Part shown: one piece after another, positions 9,046 to 18,405 of the stretch
Numbering within the stretch: the first letter of the stretch is position 1
How the letters are laid out: each line of letters starts with the position of its first letter
Program-made: the position numbers and the translations under genes
From: Bacteroidota bacterium
Lineage (GTDB): Bacteria > Bacteroidota > Rhodothermia > Rhodothermales > UBA10348
Assembly: GCA_022571255.1 (NCBI GenBank)
Contig: JACZYD010000004.1
Span: 1-61,909, forward strand
Direction: 5' to 3'
DNA: 61,909 bases
Notes under the pieces: model-generated
The model's database searches: none
What the model saw: the letters and a program-made list of their open reading frames with translations, nothing else
What the model was told of the DNA's origin: nothing

Positions 9046-11757
9046 ATTTGACGTTTTGTTGCCCCTGGCGAGGGTCCCGTGACGCATTCGCTGGGCCACA
9101 GCTGCTTTCTCCAGAAGACGCCCCAGAATCTCGGTGCTGACTGGTTTGCTCGCATAGTCATCCATTCCGCCCTCAAGACATTTCTTTCTGTCTTCTGTGG
9201 TAGCGTTGGCCGTCAGCGCAATAATAAAGGGTTGGCGCTTCACGTCCTGGTGGCTTCTGATGGCCGCCGTCGCTGAAATACCATCCATGTGTGGCATCAT
9301 GATGTCCATGAAAACGACATCATAGCCTTTTTCAACGACAGCCTCCACACCAATAGCGCCGTTATCGGCCACATCGGCCTGGTAACCGAGCCGTTCCAGC
9401 ATTCGGACAGCTACTTTCTGGTTGACCAGATTATCTTCCACGACAAGCACTTTTAAATCGTGTACCGCTGGTTTGTTGGGGCTTCTATCTTCGGCTGTGT
9501 TGCGCGCACTCTTTTTCGAGACAGACTTCGAAGATTCCCCAGCTTTTTTGCGTGAAGAAAAAAGCTGGCGAAACGCGGCCTGCTTCAGCGGCTTTGGAAG
9601 ACACGTCGTAACAACACCTGTCGGAAACCGGGCTCCCAGGTTTCGGAGCAGCACGATTTTAGAGCCCGGAGCCTCAGACTGAAGAGACATGGCGATGGCA
9701 CCTCCGGCTACACCGTCGAGACCGTCCGCATTATCGTTAATCATGATCAGGTCTACTTTCTCCACACGCTGGATGATTTCCACGGCCTCGTCTTCCGATT
9801 CGGCGAGGTAGACCGTTCCACCGGCGCGTTCCAATGTGGTCTTGACTGCCGTACCGAAAAGTGGATTTCGATTCATCAGAATAATGGTACGCTCGGCAGC
9901 ATAATCTTCGTCAGGAGTCGGTTTGTCAGAATCTTTATCGATATCGAAAATGGCCGTAAAGATGAATTTCGATCCAAGACCGACTTTACTTTCAACCCAC
10001 ATCCGACCACCCATGAGTTCGGCGAGCTGCCGGGCGATGGTTAACCCGAGACCGGTTCCTCCGAATTTTCGGCTGGTCGAGACGTCAGCCTGTTGAAACG
10101 GTTGGAATAATGTATCAATCGTTTCGTCGGCAATACCGATTCCTGTATCCTCGACGGAAAACTGAATTTCTATGGATGAATCCGTCACTTCGTTGATCTT
10201 CGCACTGACCGATATTTCGCCGGCACCTGTAAATTTAACGGCGTTTCCAAGCAGGTTTACAAGAATCTGACGCAGACGGGATCGATCACCCGTGAAGTTG
10301 TACGCGATGGAATCTTCGATCTGATAAGAGAGATCCAGGCGTTTGTCTGCAGCCTGTTTGGATACCACATCAAGGGCAGCTTCAATACACTCGGTAAGAT
10401 CCATCGGTTCGCTTTCCAGCGTCAATCCACCCTGTTCGATCTTAGCAAAATCAAGAATATTGTTGACCAGTCCCAGAAGCGTCTCGCCACTGCTGCGAAT
10501 GACATTGACCACTTCAGCCTGGTCCTCATCCATGTCTTCATCCGCCATCAGACTCGTCATCCCGATAATCCCACTCAGCGGTGTTCTGATCTCGTGGCTC
10601 ATACTGGCCAGAAACGCCGTCTTGGACCGGGTTGCATTCTCAGCAGTTTCTTTGGCCTCTTCAAGCTCACCAACAATCGAAGACAGCTCTTCTGCACGGG
10701 TGTTCAACTCCTGATGCGTTTTTTCAAGTTCTTTCGCATACGATTGAAGTTCTTCTTTCGAGGAACGAAGCTTTTCCTCGGCAGTCTGGCGTTTTTTAAT
10801 CTGGTCGGCGAGTTCCTGGAACGTTTCTCCCAGCTCGGCGACGATAGAATTCTCGTCGACGTCAAAATCACTCATTTCCCCTCGAGCAAGTTTCTTGGCC
10901 GCTTCCCGCATTTTTTCGAGCGGCCGGACCACGCTGCGTGCAACGTAAGTGGCATACAAAATGCCAAACACAAACGAGAAGAGAATCAAACCAAGAGCGA
11001 TCCACAGATAAGACTGTGCACGCCGATCTTCGCGATCGATAATAACCGCGATCGACTTCGAAAGGTAATCCCGAACTTTTCCCAGTTCAGATTTGATCCA
11101 GTTGACCTTATTGTTTAGGTATACCAGGTCGTCGAAATTTTTCTGGTAGATGGCGAGTTGTGCAAGGGTTTCGTTTTTGTGTGCGGCTGTCATGGTCTCC
11201 GATTCCACGACTCTTAATTGAATCCGATCGATTTCGTCGTGCACCGCAAAACGATATTCATCCCGGCCCCGGAGAAAATAGTTCTTCTCCGATCGCCTGG
11301 TCTGAAGTATCAGAATATTGGCGCCAACGTCTCCCACTTCGCGAAATCTTTCTTCGACGACCAACATACTTCTGCGCAGGGCACCCTCTACACCGACCTC
11401 CTCGTAAAAGCCTCTGTCCTTGTACACGTCGATCAATTCGCTGATCGAGTGCAGATACAGGAGCAGTGACGTGTGGATCTGTGAGAAATCTTCATCCGTG
11501 ATTTCATGTCGAAGCATCTCGTCGGCTTCAATCAGAAGTAGTTCGGTTCTTTTGGCATGCGCCGGATCGCGCGTAATAATAAATTCCCGAACAGACGAAT
11601 TGGCGAGTAACACGGTTTTCTCGAGTTCTCGAATGTCATCTCTCGAATTCAGAGAAGAGATGGATGTGAAAGCCAGTGCCAGAACAGAGAATGAGATAAT
11701 GAACACAATCGCGATCAGCGAAACTGTGCGGCCATAAAGAGATGACAGTTTTACCAT
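9037..11757 (-). CDS. Hybrid sensor histidine kinase / response regulator (periplasmic HBM-like sensor, HAMP, HisKA, HATPase, two REC domains)
   Basis: Two TMs, RRSEKNYFLR, FLASMSHEIRTPL, NLLGNAVKFT, GGTGLGL, VEDNLVN..FMDIMMP..KP. Confidence 0.93.
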   Translation of the reverse strand: MVKLSSLYGRTVSLIAIVFIISFSVLALAFTSISSLNSRDDIRELEKTVLLANSSVREFIITRDPAHAKRTELLLIEADEMLRHEITDEDFSQIHTSLLLYLHSISELIDVYKDRGFYEEVGVEGALRRSMLVVEERFREVGDVGANILILQTRRSEKNYFLRGRDEYRFAVHDEIDRIQLRVVESETMTAAHKNETLAQLAIYQKNFDDLVYLNNKVNWIKSELGKVRDYLSKSIAVIIDREDRRAQSYLWIALGLILFSFVFGILYATYVARSVVRPLEKMREAAKKLARGEMSDFDVDENSIVAELGETFQELADQIKKRQTAEEKLRSSKEELQSYAKELEKTHQELNTRAEELSSIVGELEEAKETAENATRSKTAFLASMSHEIRTPLSGIIGMTSLMADEDMDEDQAEVVNVIRSSGETLLGLVNNILDFAKIEQGGLTLESEPMDLTECIEAALDVVSKQAADKRLDLSYQIEDSIAYNFTGDRSRLRQILVNLLGNAVKFTGAGEISVSAKINEVTDSSIEIQFSVEDTGIGIADETIDTLFQPFQQADVSTSRKFGGTGLGLTIARQLAELMGGRMWVESKVGLGSKFIFTAIFDIDKDSDKPTPDEDYAAERTIILMNRNPLFGTAVKTTLERAGGTVYLAESEDEAVEIIQRVEKVDLIMINDNADGLDGVAGGAIAMSLQSEAPGSKIVLLRNLGARFPTGVVTTCLPKPLKQAAFRQLFSSRKKAGESSKSVSKKSARNTAEDRSPNKPAVHDLKVLVVEDNLVNQKVAVRMLERLGYQADVADNGAIGVEAVVEKGYDVVFMDIMMPHMDGISATAAIRSHQDVKRQPFIIALTANATTEDRKKCLEGGMDDYASKPVSTEILGRLLEKAAVAQRMRHGTLARGNKTSNSG

Positions 11758-11827
11758 GTTCAAGCGACTGATTCTGACTTTATTCTCCTGTTCCAGCCCC
11801 TTTTTGATCGGCAATGGCTAAGGAATG

Positions 11828-12442
11828 TTAAGCGCAGAATCGGCGAATCTTTTCGAGCAGTTCTTCTACCTGATTTTCGATCGATTCCTGATCGCCGGAG
11901 TTGTCGACCACAAAGTCGGTGCGTTTTCGCATTTCTTCGGCAGGCATCTGTGTGGCCATTCTGGCCTCGATCTGTTTTCTGGTGAGGCCGTCGCGCTTCA
12001 TGACGCGATCAATTCGATCCGTTTCCGGAGCCTCTACGACCACAACAACATCCAGCTCATGCCTGCCTGTCTCAAATAAAAGCGCCGCCTCCTTGACCGC
12101 CAACCAGGTGCCCCGCAAACGGGCCTGCTCGACAAATTTTTCAAATGCCCTGCCAACGGCCGGGTGGACCAGCGCATTCATTCGGAGCCGATCATTATTC
12201 GATCGAAAAATGATGTCCGAGAGATGGGTGCGGTTCAGAGAACCATCGGTTTGATAGGCCTCGCTGCCGAATGCGTGGACGATTTCGCGGCGTAACGGTT
12301 CGTCCGTCTGCATGAGCTGCCTGGCAACTTCATCGGCATAAAACACTTCCGCCCCATGCTTTTCCAGCAGTCTGCAGACCGCCGTTTTACCGCTTCCGAT
12401 TCCCCCTGTAACACCGGCAATGATCATGGACACAACATACAT
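11828..12442 (-). CDS. coaE: Dephospho-CoA kinase
   Basis: GVTGGIGSGKT, LVHP, LLFE motifs. Confidence 0.95.
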   Translation of the reverse strand: MYVVSMIIAGVTGGIGSGKTAVCRLLEKHGAEVFYADEVARQLMQTDEPLRREIVHAFGSEAYQTDGSLNRTHLSDIIFRSNNDRLRMNALVHPAVGRAFEKFVEQARLRGTWLAVKEAALLFETGRHELDVVVVVEAPETDRIDRVMKRDGLTRKQIEARMATQMPAEEMRKRTDFVVDNSGDQESIENQVEELLEKIRRFCA

Positions 12443-14505
12443 TAAAAACGCCAGAGCATGGAGACCGAAAGGTTGGGTATTACCGTGCTCGTCCCTTTCG
12501 AAGCTGCATCACGAATCGCCTCGGCGTCTTGGTCGGGCAATTCCCCGTACAGGCGGAAGTTGATTCGCTGCAAAATCGCCCAACCTTCAAACCGAAGGTG
12601 TGAATTACGACGCATCCGCCACGTTATCGCACCCGTTGGTCCGGTCTGAGAAATTGTCCGGCGGCCTTTTCGGGTGATGGTGCCGATGTCGGGCGTTGAA
12701 TCCGGTCCGATTTCGTCTCCCGGCACAAAGGGTATTGGATACTTGAGAGTAAGGGCCCGATCAAAATCACTCCGAACGAACGATCGATAGCCGATTTCCG
12801 CCTGAATCTCTCTTCCGACCTCAATCCGACCCCACAGGTTGGTCGTAATCAGAGTGTCAAATGGAATCTCTGCAAAACTGTCTTCCAAAAAACGTCCCAG
12901 GCGCAAATCGCTGATGCGACCCGTAAACTTGAACGTCGCAGTCTCCCCTGCTCCGTGCTCCAATTCCAGATCGTATCGCAGTTCACGAGCAGACTGATCT
13001 GTTGATCGGCGCCCGGGTAACACAAAATCATCCACGGTATAGGTTGCTCTCACCTGCGATATCAACTCGATCCTTGTGCGCGCTCTTGGACGCCAACGAA
13101 TCGAGGGTCGAAAGCGTAGAGATCGCTGCACATTATTGTCCACCGAGCGTACCGACTTCAGGTATACCGTGTGAAAATAAGTGCCAAAAAGCTGCAATTG
13201 AACTTCGAGTCCATCCGTCAGACGGGTTGTGGTTCCGATCACTCCCCGATAAAAAAGCTCGTCGCGATCGTCGGGATTCACCTCCGGTGTGTCGTGTCTG
13301 ACAATATTGGTCGAGATATCCAACCGTAAACGCGAACTTCCACCCAGAGGAAAACGCGAACGCAAGCGGGCCTCTACAACTCCCCGATCAAATTCGGCCT
13401 GCCGAAGCAGTAATGTTTTCCGAGCCGCCTGGGCTGTTGGAAGATCGTCCTGGTTGACAAGGTTTCGCTGCTCTTCCTGGGCGCCCACGTGAAGCGAAAA
13501 GCGTAAAAAATAATCGCCCTTCGCATATTGCATCATGATTTCAGCACCGATATCATTCCGATTGAAATCCGTTTCAAAAACAAGCGCTTCTTCGGAAGGA
13601 GATAAGATCCTGACGCGCCTCCTCGTCAAGGCCGCCGAGAGACGACCTCCAATCGAGAAACTCGAAGAAATGGATTGATCGACATCAAGACCGATGTCGA
13701 GTGTATCGCTTCTCGTTGACTTGATCGTCTCGATAATGCCCTCCGGTCCCCTCTCAGCATGGATTGACGGTGCGCCCTGGTACGTATCGCGCCTGACGCT
13801 GGAGAGTTTGAAAAGCGTCTGTGTTCGCAGTTGATTGTATGTTTTAGTGACCTCACCGTGTACGCGAAACCGGTCACTACGGCGGGGTGAAAGTATCTCG
13901 TATCGCCCCAGACCGGATATTTCGATATCATACCCGTCAAAATTCGACAATGGCAATCTTGCGTTGAATCCGATGGCCGGTCCAATGTCCGTTCGAAGTG
14001 GGTCCGGCTCCAATGTGGAACCGCCACCTCCTCCGAGACCATTGCCATTTCTGATACCGGGTCTCCGATCCAGAGCAACTCCAAGGAGAGGTTCAAACCA
14101 GTATTTCACCGGATTCCCGATCCTTAATCCACCATACGCGCTCGTGCTCACCACTTTGCTGAGGCTGTACCAACCGCCCTGACCATAAATCACTATTTCT
14201 GTCGATTTATAGGGTCTGCGCAATGAAAGAGAAAAAAGATCTTCGTCCCGAAAACTCAATCGATCGTTAAAAAGAACGAAAGCGTCGGAACGGAAATGAT
14301 TGACCAGGTGAATGGACCAATCGGCGCTTTGCTCGTGTACGGTGAGACTGGAGGTCCATCGAAACTGGTTGATTACGCGGGCAAAGCCTTCCTCGATTCT
14401 GCTCTGCGCCTGGAGTTCAGGGATTGAAACCAAGGTAGACAGTACATACAGGGCTGCAATCAGATGCAACCTACCCGGCCAGGACGGCCTGCTTCCCGCT
14501 CTCAT
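12442..14505 (-). CDS. Hypothetical exported, probably outer-membrane beta-barrel protein
   Basis: Signal peptide ending LQAQ; amphipathic beta-strand patterns; C-terminal aromatic WRF. Confidence 0.65.
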   Translation of the reverse strand: MRAGSRPSWPGRLHLIAALYVLSTLVSIPELQAQSRIEEGFARVINQFRWTSSLTVHEQSADWSIHLVNHFRSDAFVLFNDRLSFRDEDLFSLSLRRPYKSTEIVIYGQGGWYSLSKVVSTSAYGGLRIGNPVKYWFEPLLGVALDRRPGIRNGNGLGGGGGSTLEPDPLRTDIGPAIGFNARLPLSNFDGYDIEISGLGRYEILSPRRSDRFRVHGEVTKTYNQLRTQTLFKLSSVRRDTYQGAPSIHAERGPEGIIETIKSTRSDTLDIGLDVDQSISSSFSIGGRLSAALTRRRVRILSPSEEALVFETDFNRNDIGAEIMMQYAKGDYFLRFSLHVGAQEEQRNLVNQDDLPTAQAARKTLLLRQAEFDRGVVEARLRSRFPLGGSSRLRLDISTNIVRHDTPEVNPDDRDELFYRGVIGTTTRLTDGLEVQLQLFGTYFHTVYLKSVRSVDNNVQRSLRFRPSIRWRPRARTRIELISQVRATYTVDDFVLPGRRSTDQSARELRYDLELEHGAGETATFKFTGRISDLRLGRFLEDSFAEIPFDTLITTNLWGRIEVGREIQAEIGYRSFVRSDFDRALTLKYPIPFVPGDEIGPDSTPDIGTITRKGRRTISQTGPTGAITWRMRRNSHLRFEGWAILQRINFRLYGELPDQDAEAIRDAASKGTSTVIPNLSVSMLWRF

Positions 14506-14512
14506 CGGACCA

Positions 14513-14866
14513 TTAACCCGGTGGCCACGACATCTGCCGTCCACCCAGCAAATGCAGATGTAAATGATAAACGTCCTGTCCGCCCTCTTTTCCGCAGTTG
14601 AATACGGTTCGGTATCCGTTTTCAAGACCCTCGTCCGCAGCCAGTTGTCTGGCCACGATGAACAGGTGGCCCACAAGCACTTCATCTTCTTTCTCAAGCT
14701 GATCGAGTGAGGGAATCGGCTTGCGAGGAACGATGAGAATGTGCGTGGGCGCCTTGGGATTAATATCCCGGAACGCAATGCAGAGATCGTCCTCAAAAAT
14801 AATGTCGGCTGGAATTTCTCGGTCGGCAATCTTTTGAAACAGCGTTTTTTCGCTCATATTTGCCAT
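14513..14866 (-). CDS. hinT: Histidine triad nucleotide-binding protein
   Basis: [11 protein letters not shown] and [12 protein letters not shown] motif. Confidence 0.95.
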   Translation of the reverse strand: MANMSEKTLFQKIADREIPADIIFEDDLCIAFRDINPKAPTHILIVPRKPIPSLDQLEKEDEVLVGHLFIVARQLAADEGLENGYRTVFNCGKEGGQDVYHLHLHLLGGRQMSWPPG

Positions 14867-14996
14867 GCCTGTCAGGCGAATTGAATATATACGATTTCTT
14901 ACCCCGGAGCGTAGAGTTTACCCGAGGGCGGAACGTAGATTTAACGGTCCTGTTCGAGCAACAGCAATATAATAATCTTTTCCGGCCCTACCCGAG

Positions 14997-15410
14997 ATGC
15001 CAAAAACGTATGTTACGCGCCGTGTTCACTTCAACGCAGCGCATCGTCTTCACAATCCGCAAAAATCCGATGAGTGGAATCGTGAAACTTTTGGTAAATG
15101 CAATCTGCCCAACTGGCATGGTCACAATTATGTCGTTGAGGTAACCGTTTGTGGCACTCCTGACACCGAAACGGGATATGTAATCGACCTCGGGCACCTC
15201 AGGAAGATCATTGAAGAGAAAATCCTGAATGTGTGTGACCACAGGAATTTGAACTTGGACGTGCCGTTTCTTCGCGGCATTATTCCATCGACGGAAAACC
15301 TCGCAATTGCGTTCTGGCAGCAACTCGAAAACACTATCCCATCCGGAACGTTGTACGCCGTCAAAGTTTTCGAAACAGAACGAAACATGGCTGAATACCG
15401 TGGGGAATGA
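14997..15410 (+). CDS. 6-pyruvoyl-tetrahydropterin synthase, PTPS-II-type signature
   Basis: [16 protein letters not shown] (C-X5-HGH), STEN, ETERN. Confidence 0.88.
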   Translation: MPKTYVTRRVHFNAAHRLHNPQKSDEWNRETFGKCNLPNWHGHNYVVEVTVCGTPDTETGYVIDLGHLRKIIEEKILNVCDHRNLNLDVPFLRGIIPSTENLAIAFWQQLENTIPSGTLYAVKVFETERNMAEYRGE

Positions 15411-15417
15411 TTTTGAT

Positions 15418-16038
15418 ATGAATGAGTATCCGGACAAAATCTTGGACAGGAATTTCAGCGAGACGAAAAATTACAACCCTGAGGCTCTGAAAATTCTGGA
15501 GGGCTGTATATCGAGAACACTTGCCGTTATCGGCGAAGATCCCGACCGGCCAGGCCTGGAGAGAACTCCCCATCGTGTCGCAAAATCCACCCTTTTTCTG
15601 ACGCAGGGGTACGACATGTGTGCCCGTGAAATCCTGGAAAGTGCACTCTTCGAAGAAGAGAACAACCAGATGATTCTGGTCCGGGACATCGAGATGTACA
15701 GTCTTTGCGAGCATCACATGATCCCTTTTTTCGGCAAAACACACATTGCCTACATTCCGGATGGAAAAATCGTGGGTCTGAGTAAACTTGCGCGTGTGGT
15801 GGATGTCTTCGCGCGAAGGCTGCAGGTTCAAGAGAGGATGACACTGCAGATTCGCGATGCGATAAACGACGTTCTTGAACCGCAGGGAGTCGCAGTCATC
15901 GTTGAGGCCACTCACCTGTGCATGGTGATGCGGGGCGTACAAAAACAACATTCCATTACTGTTACAAGCGCCATGTCGGGAGTATTTCTCGACAAACCGG
16001 ATACCCGGGCTGAATTCATGAAACTGATTGCGCGATAA
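15418..16038 (+). CDS. folE: GTP cyclohydrolase I
   Basis: [36 protein letters not shown]. Confidence 0.97.
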   Translation: MNEYPDKILDRNFSETKNYNPEALKILEGCISRTLAVIGEDPDRPGLERTPHRVAKSTLFLTQGYDMCAREILESALFEEENNQMILVRDIEMYSLCEHHMIPFFGKTHIAYIPDGKIVGLSKLARVVDVFARRLQVQERMTLQIRDAINDVLEPQGVAVIVEATHLCMVMRGVQKQHSITVTSAMSGVFLDKPDTRAEFMKLIAR

Positions 16039-16043
16039 CTGAA

Positions 16044-16760
16044 ATGGCAGAGTTGACCGAACACATCGTAATTACAGGAGCCAGTCGCGGAATCGGTGCT
16101 GCGGTTGCGAAGAGCTGGTGCCAGTCATTTCCCGGAACCCGGATGTCTCTTCTGGCACGAAGCAAGGCAGAGCTCGAAAATCTTGCGGCCGATTGTCAGG
16201 ACTTCGGGGCGGACGCGGTAGCGTTCCCGTGTGATCTCACGGATTCTGAAGCAGTGACAGTTACGTGTCGCATGATACTTGAGAAAAACGGAACACCGAC
16301 CGTACTGGTCAATAACGCCGGAATGTACCAACCCGGAGGAATCACCGACACCTCGTTCATCGATTTCAACACGCAGATACAGCTTAATCTGACCAGTGCA
16401 TTTCAGATCACCTCGTTATTGATCCCGGGAATGATCAAAAATGGCAGCGGACACATTTTTTTTATGGGTTCTGTGGCTTCCCTCTTCGCGTATCCGGGCA
16501 GTATCGCTTACAACAGCGCCAAACACGGTCTTCTGGGGCTTGCCAGGTCTATCCGGGAAGAAACGAAAGGGCAGGGTATTCGGGTGACAAGCCTGTTACC
16601 GGGTGCAACGCTGACTGCGAGCTGGAGCGGTACAGATCTCCCCGAACAGAGATTCATGCCTGCGGCGGATATAGCGGCCGCAATAATTTCCGCCTATACA
16701 ATGAGTGATCGCACTGTCGTGGAAGAGATCCTTCTTCGCCCGCAGCTGGGAGATATCTGA
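16044..16760 (+). CDS. SDR family oxidoreductase (sepiapterin reductase candidate by context)
   Basis: TGASRGIG, NNAG, YNSAK. Confidence 0.88.
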   Translation: MAELTEHIVITGASRGIGAAVAKSWCQSFPGTRMSLLARSKAELENLAADCQDFGADAVAFPCDLTDSEAVTVTCRMILEKNGTPTVLVNNAGMYQPGGITDTSFIDFNTQIQLNLTSAFQITSLLIPGMIKNGSGHIFFMGSVASLFAYPGSIAYNSAKHGLLGLARSIREETKGQGIRVTSLLPGATLTASWSGTDLPEQRFMPAADIAAAIISAYTMSDRTVVEEILLRPQLGDI

Positions 16761-16765
16761 CGGTG

Positions 16766-17329
16766 TCAGTTCATTCGCGGCTCGTCCGGAAAGTTGGCCA
16801 GAAGAGCATATTCCCCACCCATTCGAATCATTACTTTTCTCCACAACAAAGCCGGCTCAACTCCAAACACGAGACCGCTGTCGCCACTGGTTACAATCCA
16901 TCCACCCGCGTCAATCTCCGCCTCCAGTTGGCCCTCCGACCATCCCGCATAACCCAGATAGAATCGAAGATCGGTCGTTTCAGCCCGGTGGCTCCGAAGT
17001 GTGTCCTGCAGCGCATCAAATTCTCCACCCCAGAACACGTCCGTGCATACTTCAACTGATCCCGCGACAGAGTCGCCGAATCGATGCAGGAAATGGAGTG
17101 TATCCATTTGGACCGGACCCCCGAGGTGGATCGTTTCCGTAAAAACATGCGGATCTTTCAGCACATCATCGATGTCAACGGCAATATGCTGATTCAATAT
17201 CAGCCCGAAGCTGCCCGATTCTGAATGCTCGCACAGTAATACGACGCTTCGTTTGAAATTGGAATCGTCAAGAATCGGAGGCGCAACCAGAAAGGCGCCC
17301 TTTTGAATCGGATCTGACCGGTTACTCAT
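16766..17329 (-). CDS. YqgE/AlgH family protein
   Basis: DSNFKRSVVLL, GGPV, GYAGWSEGQLEAE. Confidence 0.92.
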   Translation of the reverse strand: MSNRSDPIQKGAFLVAPPILDDSNFKRSVVLLCEHSESGSFGLILNQHIAVDIDDVLKDPHVFTETIHLGGPVQMDTLHFLHRFGDSVAGSVEVCTDVFWGGEFDALQDTLRSHRAETTDLRFYLGYAGWSEGQLEAEIDAGGWIVTSGDSGLVFGVEPALLWRKVMIRMGGEYALLANFPDEPRMN

Positions 17330-17766
17330 TTCGAAATTTCCTCTACCTGTTGGTTCATCAACGCCGTGCGTGCGCCCACCCACCAGTCCGGTCCCCGGGT
17401 GATGGTCTGAATATTCACGTCGGAAAAATGTGGAATAAGATCAATCAGCAATGTCGGAATCAATTGCCATTTACCCGCAACGACCAGTTCTTCCAGACGA
17501 TCCGCAGCCAGACGGGACCAGCGCCATTTGTGCCTCAAGGCCTCTGATTTTTTCCAGTAATTCCGGTCATCCCACGCATGGGCGCTCTCATCAATGGATT
17601 TGTAAATGCCCCGTAAATTAAATACCAGAAATGCAGACATATCCTTCGATTCGTCATCAAAGCCACTCCTGGTGGCAAGCAGTCGAATGACTTCTGCGCA
17701 GGATCGAATGTGCGCTCGTCGCCGTTTCGCAGCGGTATCACCGGTTGAAATAATACGTGCCATCAA
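17326..17766 (-). CDS. Hypothetical helical protein
   Basis: Natural-looking composition (AHAWDDRNYWKKSEALRHKWRW); ATGA overlap with the yqgE-like gene. Confidence 0.7.
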   Translation of the reverse strand: MMARIISTGDTAAKRRRAHIRSCAEVIRLLATRSGFDDESKDMSAFLVFNLRGIYKSIDESAHAWDDRNYWKKSEALRHKWRWSRLAADRLEELVVAGKWQLIPTLLIDLIPHFSDVNIQTITRGPDWWVGARTALMNQQVEEISK

Positions 17767-17922
17767 TCATAATCAAGATCTGCATGTTCGAATTTGTTCA
17801 TCTTAATGCACTTTTGTTTCAGAACCCGTATGAACCGGTCGGGAGTGTTTCTGCGGAATAAGCACGCTCTGCTGGAACGCCGTCCGTATCGTTCTCATCG
17901 ATCCCTGGTTTGCCCTGCACCG

Positions 17923-18120
17923 GCAACAATTGCGGGCCGTGCAACGATTGTGGGCCGTGTAACGATTGCGAGCCGTGTAACGATTGCGGGCCGTGTAACG
18001 ATTGCGAGCCGTGCAACGATTGCGAGCCGTGCAACGATTGCGGGCCGTGCAACGATTGCGGGCCGTGCAACAATTACGGGCCGTGCAACAATTACGGGCC
18101 GTGCAACAATTTCCGGGGTA
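17923..18120. repeat. 18-nt tandem repeat, 10 units plus 1 degenerate
   Basis: Consensus gcaacgattgcgggccgt; lies in the divergent intergenic region; stop-free in all six frames. Confidence 0.95.
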
Positions 18121-18405
18121 TTCCGTGAAGGTGATCGGTTCGAACGCCAACGTTTTCTCTGCCGACGATGGCCCGCCAAACGTCGTTTCGCTACTGAAAA
18201 CACCGTCGCAAGAACGTTTTTGTTCAGATATTTTACTCTAACCATTGAATATGGACGATTCCGAACGCATTATGTACCAGAACCGGACACTCCAGTCACT
18301 CTTTCAGCTTGAAATTACGGTTGACTCTCGTGGAGCGACCGGCCTAATTCCGGAATCAATTTCTCATACGCCGGCGACGCTCAATAGTGTCGTCCAATCG
18401 AATCG

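Noticed and set aside
14506-14829. N-terminal 108 aa of the 795-aa ORF
   Set aside because: Overlaps hinT in another frame; a signal peptide follows ATG 14505.
14997-15410. queD assignment
   Set aside because: The motif is C-X5-HGH rather than C-X3-HGH and no other que genes are adjacent.
18251-18290. Enhancer-binding-protein sites and sigma-54 promoter upstream of the efflux adaptor
   Set aside because: The palindromes (tggacgattccgaacg, tgtaccagaaccggaca) are imperfect and no convincing GG-N10-GC element was found.
17794-18312. RiPP precursor or real proteins from the ATIAGR, TARNRC, LHGPQS and RAVQRL frames
   Set aside because: All arise from one stop-free 18-nt repeat; there is no leader peptide and no modifying enzyme nearby.
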